Shown here in pieces: positions 38,001 to 52,553 of a stretch of 64,000 nt of DNA. The stretch comes from Phoronis australis (taxonomy: Eukaryota > Animalia > Phoronida): the NCBI GenBank assembly GCA_002633005.1, contig NMRA01000003.1, forward strand, positions 967,452 through 1,031,451, written 5' to 3'. Position 1 is the first letter of the stretch. Each line of letters starts with the position of its first letter. The notes beneath the pieces are model-generated. The model worked only from the letters and a program-made list of their open reading frames with translations. It was not told where the DNA came from and ran no database searches. Both the position numbers and the translations under genes were made by a program.

Positions 38001-41000
38001 TGGTTACTTTTGGATCATTATGAAAATTGGCAGATGTGTTCCTCGGTGTGCCACGTCTGATATTGATTTTCAGACAGGTTCGACTGCTGTGACTCCCTCT
38101 AGTGGCAATTGATTGTTTAGGACTGGGTGTTTCTTCTTAACCCGTTGCAGGATCTTCATAGAGTTTTTCTGTGAATGTGAGAATGGATGATGATGACTCT
38201 CAGACAGATCTTGACTACTGCTATGCCCTCTTGTGATGATTTCTATTTTTTCATTTACCTCTATTTCTCCAGAGTTCCTTGACAAATTGTATGGAAGTTT
38301 GAAGAACAGTTTTCTATCATGGAGTCAACAACAACTTTCCATTTTCAGATGGATTCAACATATTCTGCACCACCTATTTTTCTGTCAGTCTTTTTAGCGT
38401 CGGCCTCTCTGCACACGAAACCGCTCAAAGAGTCATTAAGAAAATTGGGAGATGTGCTCTTACAGACAAAAGCACATATTTTGATGTTTGTACAAGACCA
38501 CCGACGGTGGTGTCCCCTAGTGGCAATTTTGTTTTACTTTGCATCCAAGGTGTTTATCCTAAATCCCCTGCAGGATAGTTGTGAAATATGGCAAGTGTTT
38601 TTATATGAATGTGACATCAGATGACGGCTTTTTTCAGACTGCGGCTGTAGCTCCTAGAAGCAATTTAATTTTCTTGCAAGTTCCTCGTTGGATTTTCAGA
38701 AAATTTGGCGAGTAGTTTTCTGTTAGAAAGACAACAACACCTCATTTTTAAATGGGTTTGACGTATTGTGGTCCTCCTAGTGGCCATTTTTGTTATTCTA
38801 ATAACATCCCTAAAAGCGTTTATAGTGCAGTTGGGGGCGCATTGGTTGAAGCGGCATGTCGCCCTATTTAGCTGCCTTAAAATAAAATTGAGGTCTTTTA
38901 TTCTCATGAAATCAGTCTTGGGGAAATTCTTACCAACTTAAGTCATAGGCTACAACTGCACACTTCATTTTCGAATTTGCAATTTTTGGATTGGCCAACC
39001 CAGATAATCAGAAGTGTTTTCTTGAGTCACTGATGGTGTTGATGTTCTCGATGGTATCGGAAATGTATTTTTATCACAGTAAGGAATATTATGAGACCGA
39101 GTTTATGAGAGTACAGGGCCTAAATTTGATTTTCGTTTCGTAGGTAAATAGTCAGTGTGAAATGCTTCTTTGAGTGTATGTGGGCAGTATCTAAGGTCTC
39201 ATTTTCATTTTAGTTGTTTTAGTCAACTTTTACTAGAAAAATGATACAAAAATATGGGTGGCAGCAGAAAAAATGCGCGCCCCCTGTCATATGGATTTTG
39301 CTGGAGCAACTCTAACTGATGCACAGTGTTTACTCATGGTAATTTTGCGACATTTATGCATTCGCGTGTAAGGCATAATTTCATACATTTCAGAGCAAGT
39401 TGGCAGTTTAAGTTCCACGTATTGTGATTGGTTACGTAATGCAAGTACACAACAGGCAGTCAACCCTACTTCCATCAGTTTGTTTAAGAAGGGAGACTTG
39501 AGTAAACCCATGACAGAGATAGATGGGGCTACGACTAACGAGTTCTTCACTGTGCTAAATATTTGTATGTTGAAGTTCGGCTTGAGTACCCTATTAGAAT
39601 GATCATCATAGCCTAAACTTTTTTAGTTTTATAGTAAAAACATGCAGTGCAGTTTTTGTTTCTCAATCACTGACGTACTAGTAGTGACACCTGATGTGAG
39701 AATGGTTTTTTATTGATGAAATTGCAAAATTAGAAAACCTCAGTCTGTATTCATTGTGCCGAATATTGGGATAGCTTCTGAAAGACAATATTATGTTTCA
39801 CGTATAATAATATTGTAAATATGTTTATTTTTGATTGTTGTAAGTGCCTAAGTAGTCAGTCCTGAAGGTGGCTTTACATGATAAGCCCTTTCCCATGTTC
39901 TAAATGTATTCCTATTCCTTGCTATCGACTTCTTGGAATGATTTCCAATGCTTATTTATGTCTTTCAATGCTAAGCCACAGAAGCACATTTTTCATTGGT
40001 CAGTCATTCACAAACTATAAACGATAATTTTGAAGATGTTTTCTAATTTCAGCCGATTTTTCCACATAAATAAATGGTCAAAATCATTGACATTTTTTTA
40101 GATCCTATAAGTATGTAGAATACTGGGCCTCCCTGCTATTTATTTTGTAGTGCATCTTGTCTTGAAAGTATGGGAACCATCTCTCTACAGGGCTTGGACT
40201 TTTGATTTAATTTTGTTTTCCTCTTACTTGATTTCCAGTTTCCTCTTTTTTCGTCTTTTTATCATTATTTTGACTCTATTCATGCAAAAATGTTTAGTTG
40301 TAAGTTAATTTGTACAACACAAAAATATTTCTATCACAAAAGCCTATTGTGTAACGATACATCACCTGGAAAATTATCCTCCTTTTTGTCATTAGTTATT
40401 CAAAGTCCCGTCTCTACTATCATCAAAAAGGTTGTTATTTGTACTGAGTAAGGCAAGATATTACGTTTCGAGTAAGAAGCAGTATTTCCACGGTCTACAG
40501 GGTTTGTTTGCTGTTTTATGTTGCAGGTCAGTACTACACAGAGGACCAGTACATCAATATCTACTGCTTTTCAACATTACTGTCTTACCTGGTCCACTCC
40601 CCACCTGAAGGTTTAGATAAACAGCTGAGAACCAGGTTATATGATGTCTGTGTTGATTACTGTTTACGAATTGTTGACCAATGGGAGAAGAGTAAGTAAT
40701 TATGTGATCTTAGTGTTAACAGCATGTTTCAAATCCACCATGGTCGAAAGGTTCCAGAATAGTTCAAAGAAGATATCAGTTAAATATAAAATAATTCTTA
40801 GTTTGAAATCGAAAACAATGAAGCTCAGTACTGCATTACTTGTTAATTGATACTCTTTTACTTTTAAACAGAATGAATCTGTATCCTGAACTTTGTTTCT
40901 TATCCTTTGTCTAATGTTCAAAAATTGTGATGTGAGAATCCTCTTTTCCCTGTGGGAATCGGTGAAGAATTATGTGTTATATGAACCTTGGACGAATGAT

Positions 41001-44000
41001 TAGCAGAGAGTGTACTGTACTTGTCAGGTGGGAGTTCTTGAATTTATCTCTTCTCACACATTTTGCAGAACCAAAATTTGAGTCAGACAGAGAAGTTCAA
41101 AATGCGGTAAGTTGTTTACTTTATTCATCACAATGAAATTGTGTATGGATTACATATAGAAAAATTACTGTTTTGTCGTTCTGTGTTGATATCAATGACT
41201 CAAGCACAGGCAGATACATACATGCATGGATTGCATTCATAATGAGACAAAAATATTTGATTGTTGCTTAAATGCACTATTTACTAAATAGACTGTTATT
41301 CTTTTTAATAATTAAGATTTTACAGGTTACTAATGGAATCTTTAACTGCTTGGTCTTGTTATTCACAACATGGTATAATTTGTTCAAATTGTTTCTTTCA
41401 CCTGAGATGTTCATACCTTATTTTCAGGCAGTCATAGAGGCTGTGTCTATACTAGACCACATATGCCTTTGTAATGCCAGCTATGTTCCAAAAGTGTTTG
41501 AAGTCATAAAGAGGCTATACTCGCACATCGGAGCTAACAGTTCACAGACACCCATAGTGATTAATGTCCTCCAAGTCTTTCTAAACCATGGTAAGCTTTG
41601 GTCTCGACTTTTGTTTTGTGTTTTCTTGATAGACAACTAATTTGTTTGTCATCAGAGCTAAACGCTTCAAATAGTCTGATACATAATGTTAAGTGAAAAT
41701 GATAGAGAGTATGGGAACTAGTTCAAAGATAACCAGGGTCATGGTAAGACATACATAACAAGTATGCATAACCCCTTAATCGAACAATAATAATTTGCAT
41801 ACATTCGGTGCCTTATCAGAAACAACATGGTCACACTATGTGACCCAATTCCAAAATGTTTTTACAAACCAACATTTTGTTTGCTGACTGGCAAACAGAT
41901 TGCTCTTGATAACACCACTGCATTGGCGTTCAGTGTTTGACTTAACTAGTGCACATAATGGTGCAAATGGTTTTTACCCTATTGATCTAAATACCACTGT
42001 TATATGCAGTGATTTTTAAACAAAAGTTTCATTTATCAATGCCTCTCCTTTTATTCATCAGGTTACTTGTGAGTGTATTTTGATTACAGGTGATGGTATT
42101 ATGTACAATTATGACCAACCCATTGAGTTATTCTTAGGAGAACTCATATCCAAAATGTACATGGACACACGGTTTGCCTTTGATGCAATAGTCTTCATTG
42201 AGGATAATATTGATAAACTACAACAGATGAACGTTTTACAGAAATACTTTCCCAATTTATTGAAGGTAAGTATTTCCGTTATTGTCGGGTGGTGAATCGG
42301 TAAGTTGAGAAACTAAAAGCAGGATGCAGTCGTTACAGTGAAGATCACTTGCTACTTTTATCACTTGGCTAGGGGGCGCTTTTATGACTCGGTGGAACCT
42401 TCCTGTAAAAAAAGGAAAAAATCGCAAAAATTTGGTGGCAGTTTTGATACGAGGGGGGGAGGCTGTGAAGAGCTCTACCCATGGTCGGCTGAAAGCCCTG
42501 TATATGTCAGGCTCTGTTTTGATATGTTATTTTCAGATATCACTTTGTTTCATTGGACCATCTATTTTAACTTCCAACTTCTAATGTCTATTTTGGAGGT
42601 TTTTGTTTAGTTGTAATTTATATTTTTTACCTAGATTCTAGCCTACAACCCCAGGTGCTACCTACGGGAATTCATCAAAATCTTGCCTGCCTTTTTAAGC
42701 ACAACTACAGTCTCGGAGGTAAGTGTTATTTTTAGCAGGAACTGGTTCTTTTTGTACAAGTCGTTGCGTGCTGATGAGTAATTCACAAACAGTGATCGTG
42801 GAGAGTTATCAGTAAAAGTTGACTGCGCAGAAAGGTTGCGAAGTTGGTTGCCATCATCATTGTCATTGTCACCATGGTTACTCTTGTTATTTGATGGCTA
42901 TTAATGCTTTGTATACTATTCATCATCATCAGTCACCATGGTTGCCCCATTTGATGACTATGATCTTTCGGAACAATTATATACTATTCAAGGTCCTCCA
43001 CAGCATCCTAGACTTGCCGTGTATGACAGCCATTATGTGCCGTCGTCAGTCACAGAGCTCATCTATTGGTGAGTCATCTGGTGATGTCGCATCACTACAG
43101 AGGTCACTATTCAACTTTATGATGAGAAATGAGGGAGGACAGGGAGACACCATCAACAGGTAGACGAACAAAATTATAACAAATCTGTAATGGCTGTAGA
43201 GCAAACTTTTACTAAGTTAATATTCACTGGTATCATTGTTATCATTGATGATCAGTATTTAAGTCCCGTCCACACACAGACTTACCCTAGACTAACTTGC
43301 ACTTATGCAACTTGCCAAACTTTAAGTGGAGCGTCCACAAACACACATATCCAATAACTGGTGAAAAACATATAAAGTTGTCGCGAATACGGCGCACTAA
43401 AAGAAGACCCGTCTGTATATAACCACAGCTGATAATTACTTCCGCCTTGCCCCAAGTTTGCGGCCACACAGTGATTAGAAGTGGTGCAAGTCAACTTAGA
43501 ACAAGTTACCCTACCTCGATATGGTGGAGTAAGTTGTACTTAGTTTAAATAGTGTCCACACAGCCTCCAAACCTAGCAACAACTCGTTCCAGGAGTATTT
43601 TGTTTTAGGATGATAAGTCTGTGTGTGGATGGCACTTCAGTTTTGCAGGTCTTATAAGATAAATTAAACACTGGTAGTTCTACCAACAGGACATCTTCAG
43701 GGCCAAGTGTCACCTGATGTATGAACACCCACAGCATATCTTAGTAGTGATGTCTAAAAGGAAAGATTAGAGGAATTTAGATTCTATGCTTGAGAGATGT
43801 AAATATACACATTGACATGTCTTCTGTAAATGAGTGTTTTGCCGTAATCTTTTGAGTGGCTGTCTGAAGGAAAATTAGTTCAATTTTAAATAGCAGCATG
43901 CAGTATAAATAACTGAAGAGGTGTACTTGTTCCATAGACTGTCTGATGTACACAACTACTTGCGTGACCTGTCAACACACACGAGGGTTGTTACCTGCTC

Positions 44001-47000
44001 ACAAACTGTGCCCGTTCTCCTCAGGTAAGCAGCGGTCAAATCCTGAACCATAAAATAAACTGCTTTGGTAAGTCAAGAGACTACTCACTGCAAATTGCAT
44101 TGACCAGAGATCAACCCTGAGTTTGGGGAACTCTTGTCAGATTCACAGATGCCGCCTGGCTCCTACCAGCACTGTCAATATTATCTGTGGTTCTGTAATG
44201 ACAACCGACTTACACAATCATTTGTTAATTATCTTTTAAGCGTCTTCAGCAGTTTTCAATATATTGTAATGTTATATAAACTGGTCGGTAAAGGTTAATG
44301 GAACTGTGTAGTAAGAGCTGAGGATTTGGTTTACATGTGGCTTGTCATAAAATGTGTAGGACTGCTGTTAGTCTTTTGCCTTTATTTCAGCGTGGTCCTT
44401 TGCACTCTCAAGGGGGGCAAAATGCCTAAAACCATTGTGTATCTACAATTTATAGGTCGGGAGTGTTAACGTTTGTGTAGTGTTACTTTACAATCTCGCA
44501 CTGAGTTCTCACGTACATTTCATTACAGGGTATTTTTCAATGTCGTATTACAAGACGTGAGTTTCACAACGGCCAATCTGCTTCAGCCACTGATACTCGA
44601 GCGGTCTTGCCTTCTCTACGATATACCAGCTTATAAGCATGACGTTCTCAAGTGAGTTGCTCACATGTAAATCATATTTGATAGCATTACATCTCAAGAA
44701 CTAAATAGTTCAATTCAGCAGGTGATAATTATCAAAAATGTATATTAACTAACCACTACTTTTAGAACTTTAAATAACCTAATGGTGTGGCATTACTGAG
44801 GTCAAATGATTAAAATAAACAAGGAAATTGATCATAAGATTGAAATTGATACTGCGAGTGCATGTTTTTCTTTTATTTATCTTTTTAAGCGACACAGAAA
44901 TGTGTTGATTTTTTGTTTACAATGGTATAACGCTGAAAAATGGCCAACATTTGTGGATATTATGGTGCATGAACTGTCTGTTGAAGTTCTGCTCATGTGT
45001 CCTTTCAAATATAAATAACATTGACATTTTTGTTCATACACTTCTTGTTGGTTACTCGATATAACCATAGAGGGAGTTCTTTCTATTGTGTAGTCACTAA
45101 ACCCTATCTTTCCAGATTGTTTGCGGACAGCCTGGTGGAATTATTTAAACAGCAACCTGAGTTGTTAATGAAACAGCAGTGTGAGATACAAGAATTCATC
45201 GGTACCCTTAGAAATGTGAAGGACAAGGAGGACTTTTTCATTCATATGGTACTTACTGTTGATTAGTCTGTTTCTTTGAATGTGAATAGTACTGTTGGTT
45301 GATGGGTCTAATCATGTGGTTTTAATGTTACACATGTCTAGTAATAATGGTTGGTTTGCACATAAAGCACCAATCAATCAATCTTGGGACTGATTCGTCT
45401 GCTGCAGCATCCCCTGTTGTCCGTTTTAGTTTCCGATTAGAAATTTCTTGTCCATACATTTTTGGTAAAACATTTTGTCATTATGGCTTGATAAATTTTG
45501 ATGAATGTTTACGTAAAAGTTTGTGGCTTAGATATGCTGACTCCAGTTAATTTTCAAAGAGATTCTACATGTATGTCACCCCCTATTGGCTGCTTTAGTT
45601 TTCAGCTAAATATTGCCTGTTATTGTCTGAACACTTGTCTGACATAATTTCAAGAACTTGACTCAGAGATTGGTATTTTCACACAGATTTGTGAGTTTCA
45701 TCTGCGGTATCACCCCCTGTTGGCCCTTTTAGTATTTGATAAGATATTGCTTGTCTGTTAACTATTGTTAAAACAGCTAGGCAAGCTTTGATGAATCTTG
45801 ACACTAGGCTTTATGTTTGAGTTGCACTGGCACAGTTGACCATTATTCAGATTGGACTGCTATAGCGCCCACTGTTGGTCATTTTCAACGGACAATATTA
45901 ATATTGGTTGTACGTTGATTATTATCAAAATGGCTCTACAGATTTTTGGTGGACCCTGACTGAGAGATGTATGGGTAAAATGCACCAGCGTCAGTTAGTT
46001 TTCTTCATTGGTGTCATAGTGGCTAAATTTATGTGAAACTAAAAAGGATGGCTGCGGCTAGAACCACAATGTTTGTTGGTGCATTTCAACAGTTTGCATT
46101 GCTCATTTTCTTTTTTTCATTGCCATTCCACTTCTAGGGTTACTGACTACTACATAGTTTAGAGATTAGTTTCATGTTCTCATCTTGTTCCCGTTGCAGG
46201 TGTGGATTGTGGGAGAACACTGTTCAACACGCTACATCAGTCAGTGTACCCCGGAGTTGACGTGCTCATTCTATGAGACCGTTGAGTGCCTCGCATACGA
46301 GATCTGTGGCCAGAAGACTGACGCTCTCACATACTCATCAAGACTCATTCTCACATTGATGTCCACATTAGTTAAGGTATGTAACTTTCGTTCAATATAT
46401 AGTAGTAATATAATGTACTTGTTCATGGTTAATACAGCTGTTTATGTTGTACGTTATATTTGGTAAACTTCATATGCAGCCATGAACAAAAGAAAGACTG
46501 GTTACTGTGCATCGTGTTTTTAACTTTATCTCAAGCATCTGCCCTTGGGACGTTGTAGTCGGGCAACCCTTTGTGATATGCTTGAGTTTGGCAATGGGCC
46601 AGCTAATCAAATAAAAGCTAATTAGGTATTAACTAAATAATTAATTCAAAACAAACGCTCATTAGTATGTATGTTTCCAGCTTGCCTCCAGGTGTCAGGA
46701 CCTCATTCCTCGGGTTTTACTGTGTCTGACTAAGCTGAGCCAACCTCGTACATGTGTGGATGATGAAACTGGTGTCATACCAGATTATGCTACACAGTTG
46801 TTCAGCTTGCTGAAACTACCAAAGTGAGTTGGTCAACAACATGCTGATTGTTCTGACTTGAGTTTTAGCCGACTTATTCACTACTTGCTCGAATTCCCCA
46901 TTATGCTTGAAAATAGGTTGTGTCCAAACCGCAATCATGGTTTTACATGTTTGGAGCACGCGCGCTTTTATGTTTGCATTGTTAAACTGATACTAAAGTG

Positions 47001-48810
47001 AGGCATTGTGTCTTCAAAAATGCACAATTATCATTTTTGTGGCACCACCAAAGTGTGCAAGCAGTGAATGAGATTGTGCGTCATTTTTGGGAAATTAACC
47101 TGACTGTGTGTTCTTTGTTATTTAATATTAACCTGTGTGTTCTTTGTTATTTAATATTAACCTGTGCATTCTTTGTTATTTAATATTAACCTGTGCATTC
47201 TTTGTTATTTAATATTAACCTTTGCGTTCTTTGTTATTTGATATTAACCTGTGCGTTCTTCGTTATTTAATATTAACTTGTGTGTTCTTTGTTATTTAAT
47301 ATTATCCTTTGTGTTCTTTGTTATTTAATCTTTTGCTCCTCCCTGTGTTTGCCCAAATTGCCTCCAATATTATTTTATCACCTATTTCTACTTATAACAC
47401 AGCAAGAGCTTTGTCAAGTTTTTTGAATTGCTGCTCATGTTTTGGGTTTATGCGACAGTTATTTGACGTTTTCTAGTTGTCTCAAAAATTTGAAATAATA
47501 CACTTTTTTGCTATTTTGATGAACTGAAAATTCGTAACTTCTGTTCCTTCTCACACACCTCCGCCAGATGATCATCATCATCAGCATCAGTGCAAACAGC
47601 ATTACAGAGTGCGATTATACTTTGCTGAACATTATCAGTCTTAGCTGTTACATGCATCTGATGTTAAACTCTTGCTATCCTGTGTCATTATCCTCCTAAT
47701 TTATAAGGCTCTAGTTATTGATACTAATATAAGATATTTTTAAATAATCATCAATGACTTCAATCTACTGTTATTTGCCTGTTTTATTTTTTTCTACTTC
47801 ATTTCACGTGTCAAGGAACATAACTCTTTACATTTAAATATCAACATTTCAGTGTTGCATCTGAGGTTCTGAGTCCCAGTAAAGAGCTAAGTGACGGCAG
47901 GTAGGGTATCTGTTTCTTATCGACTGTGACTGACTAAGGGTTTGATTATTCCAAGTTAGGGCATAATATAAGCATGGTTTTGTCAGACCTGGCCATGTTG
48001 AAAGTTTTCTTTGCTATCAAACTGCTGTGAATATTATTGTAATGTGTTTTCACTAGCACAGTGAATATTGTTATGAATTCCATCACATTTACAGTCTTAG
48101 TTACCTCGTAAATATGTCATGAATTGTGTGTGCCCGATTTAATGAATTTTTATTCTGATCCGGGATTTCCGAAAGAGCCACCGTGGGGGTCATTTCTGAA
48201 AAAAGGTTCAAAAAGCACTGTGTCACTGTGTCGACTCTTTGGTGATAGTTTTGCATGCCATGGAGCACAGGGTACAAATCTGTACAAAATATTATTAATA
48301 TCTCAATTTTATGGCCTTAAACAAAACTAACATTTCAAGTTGATCATGTGTCTACAAATTTGTCACCAGATTTTTCTTATGTCAAAGTCCCGGTGAAGTG
48401 AACCCTGGCTGATATTTCAAGTCCATGACCAATCGGTGCTGTGGTTAAAAAACAAAATTCCCTTTAAAGAGCTCCACCGCTTTTCTCCAAAAGTGACCCC
48501 AGGGGTGTATTTGGATGCAAAATTAAATTGAAAATCATGGGTATTGATGAAGGTATGATTGCGGATGTTTTACACGGGTTTGATTGGGTTAAAAATTTTC
48601 CAAGGTTGTGGCTGTCATGGATATTTTCTCTTCAAATCTATGATTACTCATTTGAAAGAGCCGTGCAGTATGTAGAAAAGCTTGAAGAATACATGGAGTA
48701 CAATGACTAAATGGATGTCATCTTTTCGCAGGTGTCATTATGACAACGCATCTATGTCTTCAATTCTTCACATGATGACGAGCATTGTGCAACAAGAGCC
48801 TTCTTCATAG
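35022..48810 (+). CDS. AP5Z1: AP-5 adaptor complex subunit zeta-1 (SPG48 homolog, ~681 aa, 17 coding exons)
   Basis: Exons 35022-35047, 36503-36628, 36964-37176, 37705-37802, 40527-40691, 41069-41106, 41428-41590, 42090-42265, 42635-42718, 42993-43159, 43938-44024, 44529-44651, 45116-45248, 46200-46376, 46681-46823, 47853-47900, 48732-48810 (2046 nt, GT-AG, in frame). Recognisable AP5Z1 segments: TDYFELLSPGQYYTEDQYINI, YFPNLLKILAYNP, VLHSILDLPCMTA, VWIVGEH, LASRCQDLIPR, LLKLPNVA. The first exon and start codon are less certain. Confidence 0.9.
35598..36172 (+). mobile_element. 5'-truncated CR1/L2-like non-LTR retrotransposon (ORF2 C-terminus + 3' UTR)
   Basis: Peptide IQRRAARWVT...LNWPTLSHRRKICHLKMFYK...RTDYRKKTFFPGTVTDRNSLP is the typical post-RT C-terminus; ends in a (GAA)n tail at ~36162-36172. 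Confidence 0.85.
37839..38860 (+). mobile_element. Degraded HINE/DINE-1-like element
   Basis: Starts TTTTTATGTGTTCACATATT; internal repeats with GGATCTTCATGAAATTTGG and CCTAGTGGCAATT, which are reverse-complement homologs of 52710-53981. Confidence 0.6.
43261..43637. mobile_element. MITE with ~25-bp TIRs (Harbinger-like)
   Basis: AAGTCCCGTCCACACACAGACTTA ... TAAGTCTGTGTGTGGATGGCACTT. Confidence 0.8.
45380..46110 (+). mobile_element. Degraded HINE/DINE-1-like element
   Basis: ~140-bp repeats with CACCCCCT(A/G)TTGGC; the 3' end GGTGCATTTCAACAGTTTGCATTGCTC resembles the family terminus. Confidence 0.55.
47096..47329. repeat. 29-bp minisatellite, ~8 copies
   Basis: Unit TTAACCTGTG(T/C)(G/A)TTCTTTGTTATTTAATA. 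Confidence 0.93.
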
Positions 48811-49757
48811 ATCAGCATTTGACATCTTCAAGTACACTCTTTACAATTGGGACATTTCCAGACAGTAAATTGATTAAAAGAAACAGAATTTGGGGAATTG
48901 ATCTATGTCAGATCTTACTCAATTACCAGCATTGATGTCATTTTTCAAATGCATTGTGGGATGGTTATCTACTTGTGAACAATTGGGTGATGTCACAGAA
49001 CTTAGTGATTTGTTATCAGTTTGACAAAGAACAATACTCGTCTCTTGAGCTCAATTCTTGTCTGTGGATTGCAGCCCACTGTGATGTAGGTGAATGTTTG
49101 CAAGCAGACGACAGTCCTAGAAAACATTTGGAAAACGAAGAGCGCTGTAGATGAAATCTTCGAACTGTCCCAATTTTATTCCGTTCGTCTAACTGAATAA
49201 TTTTGTTAGGTTACAGTTGAAGCAAATTATAATGATCCCTTCCGGTATCATGTCACTAAAACATTTATTTGATTAACAGAAGTTTGAGTCATTGACAAGT
49301 TGTATGCATTGCAGTATAGTTGGTATGGGACTTTTAGAATGGAATTTTTTTCATCAGCTAATGTCTTCGCGGCAAGACAATTCAACTGTATGCAAAACTG
49401 AAAAAACGTTTCTCAAGTTCTGGCTTTAGCCTAGTATCTGTACCAGCTTATGTTAAATTTGGGATGTGTTTAAAAACTTGAGCTTTGTTTAACTAGGAGG
49501 TTAAATACTACACCTGTCTACTCAATTCAGATCTTATGCAAAACAGCATGCATATTGAAATATTTTTAAATTATTTAAACCTGAATTTAATAACCTGTTG
49601 ATTGCAGGGAGATTGTAATTAAAGTTAATTACCACAACAAGTTGTATTGCTCTTCAAGAACAAATTGTGTGCAAGTTTTAACTTATAACTAATTTTAATT
49701 GACTGATGTGTGTTATAGAGTTATTTCTTGATACTGTTATCTCTGAATTGTATTTTT

Positions 49758-49853
49758 AATAAACATTGTTGTAAAAGATGCACTTTGAGTTGACTAAGTT
49801 CCCTTGATACTGATAGTCACTTCAAAAAATAAATTTAATTCTTTATTAATAAA
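49758..49853. terminator. Cluster of candidate poly(A) signals on both strands between convergent AP5Z1 and WDR48
   Basis: AATAAA (+) at 49758, 49828 and 49848; TTTATT (AATAAA on minus) at 49842. Confidence 0.4.
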
Positions 49854-50533
49854 TTTATCACATTATAATAACTTTTAATGACAAATATGTTTAACAATAT
49901 CAGTCAAGATATGTACACACGACCTGCTAATGCTTGGAATAACATTACACATATCCATTTACACTCCCACTTTTAAATAACACAATACATTAAATTTAAA
50001 TTTTCTAACAGTTCCTTGTATATTAACCAATATACCCAATAATACATTTCTTTAACTTAGTGCTAATGTAACAAACAATAGAAATAGACAGTGTAGATTA
50101 ACTGCTTTATACTGTCAAAAGTTCACGAAGTCACTCCACTTTTTGCAAGTGCTTGTCGCCAACTTAAATTTCTGACATTTTCTGTTAGATCTAAGATGAA
50201 ATCAATAGAAATTTCATTTTTTACTTTGTGCTTGTCTAGAGTACATTTACTAAATCATGACTTAATAGATGAGTGCGTACATTACCAAAAGTTGTACTTG
50301 ATGACCCCAACGTTAACTTGAGAGTTCAAATTTGAAACCTACATGCAGCTCAAGTTTGATTTGATTCTGGGGTCCTCAAGTGTTTCAAAATTTCATTTAA
50401 CATGGGTTCTGTACTCTTCGTGAAGCAATCACAAAATTACAAAAATTTGAATTTACAATAGAACAAAAATATCAAAAACAGTATCTTGTTCAGCAACTGG
50501 ACTCATCGTCTGGTCTCTGGGCCCAAATTCAAG

Positions 50534-51284
50534 AACAAGAGCAACACAAAGTGTTAAAAAGCACCCACAACTGTATCGCAAATGGTATGCTTCTAGGGGT
50601 GTTTAATAGTATCGTGAAAATGGCCACTTAGTGTGGCAGAATATGTCCATAAATAGGAAGGCCTCGTCCACTCCACAATGGAGACCATACAGGAACTCCA
50701 AGGTAGAGGCAAGTGTAAAAAATAAAATTGCACAGCGGTAGTCGGATTTGTCCAAAAGAAATTGCCATCATTCACTGAAATACACTTGCCAATTATCACA
50801 CAGATATTAGATGGGTTTAGGAGATACATGTGCAGACGTATAAAAGCAAAATTGCCACTAGGAAGTCCCACAGTAGCCAAACCGCACGAAAATAACGAAT
50901 AAGCAGTAGTTGTCTTGATAGGAACACATCTTCCAATTCCCACAGTGATCCTTCAAGAAATGGATTCGAAAATAATAAAAATGGCAACTAGGTGGCACAG
51001 AATATGTCACAAATGTTGCAAATAGGGGGTACCATCATCTTAGACACTATTTGCAAAATTTCATAAAAATCTATCAAGGAATTCCAAAGATAAAGCCACA
51101 AATGTAAAAAAAAAACTAGGGGGAACAGGTGTAGGTAGGTTTGGTCCGAACCTCGTCATCTGTAGTCAGCTTCAACACATCTGCCAAACCTAACAGAAGA
51201 TCCTCCAAAGATACAGCAGTGGACGCCCAGCCAGAGATGAAGGCAGTATGCACCCACGTAACATGTACGTGTGGGCACATAAAA
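50534..51284 (-). mobile_element. HINE/DINE-1-like element, copy B
   Basis: Termini AACAAGAGCAACACAAAGTGTTAAAAAGCACCCAC and hairpin ATGCACCCACGTAACATGTACGTGTGGGCACATAAAA; internal GCCACTAGG repeats. Confidence 0.75.
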
Positions 51285-52553
51285 GGGTTTTCGTAGTGGA
51301 GTAATACATGTTTAATGTGACAAATTGCACAACAGACTTGAGTGGAGACTATTGATTGTTCCAGTTTCCATTTCCACCACCACAGTTTTGATAAAGCATT
51401 CCAGTTCAACGTGGGTAATTTTGGCTGGATCTAATGATTACTGTATGAGGCTTTTAAAGCTGGGATATGGCATGACAAATCTCTCAGTTACACAGTCCTG
51501 TGAAACTTTAACTATTTTTGAAAAGCACATCTTGGAAAACTGGACTAATCATAACAATTAAATTCAATACAATCAAATGGTGTGCCAAGAAAACAACTTT
51601 TTAAATTTAAAGTAAAAAATCTAAATACAAGTATCAAAAATCAGACATTAAGCTCAACACCTAGGCTCTTACCTTCTGAATCGGTATAATTAAAAATGCT
51701 TGAAATGACCACGTTGTTTTGACATGTTCAATTTTTGTGACTGCAATCTTACAGGTACATAACACTCATGTGTGACAATTTGTTACATCAAGAAACTCAA
51801 TGCTAGTTAAGGAATAGGTTGGTTTCCTTTCCAAACACTAGGAGAAGATGATGTTACATAACCTCAAGGGTTTGGCCTGAAATATTCCTTACAAGTGAAT
51901 AATCAAGGCAGGTTAAGGATTAAAGATCTGTACTGAGGAATAAGGAAGCAAGCCAGAGTGGATGCGATCCGTTAGTGGATATCCCACTTTCTACATCACA
52001 ATATAATGAATATGCATTATATCCTGAGCGGGAAGCTGGCTAAAATCAAATTAGATGTAATTTCATTTTCACAAAACCAGCCTCATGTTTTTTACCGTGA
52101 TAGGATTCCAGTTTCGTTCCAATGAATATCAAAATAATCAGCAATTCAAGGAAAGGCTTGCAAGTATATTGGTGTTGCCGGGTTGGCCAACCTTAGAATT
52201 GCAGATTTGAAAATGGCACATGTACGCATTGCCTGAGACTAGAGTTGCCAGCTAATTCAATAATAATTCAAAATCAGATAAGCTTGGTAATGTTTTTAAA
52301 CTCCAAAGTGCTTTGGTTAAGAATTCAACGTAGTTGGCTTGACATGGGGAAATGCACCTATAACTAATATGCATTTAGACCTTGTATGAAGCCAGTGAAT
52401 GATGGCAAACTTGTCTGAATGTTCAATTGATTTCACAATTCAACTTTTATGGGTGAATGAAATTTGGCAAGTTTTGTCAGTCTCATAATCAGGTCATAGT
52501 GACGTAATGTATTTGTCACACTGAAGGCAACTAGGACACAAGAAAAACATAGG

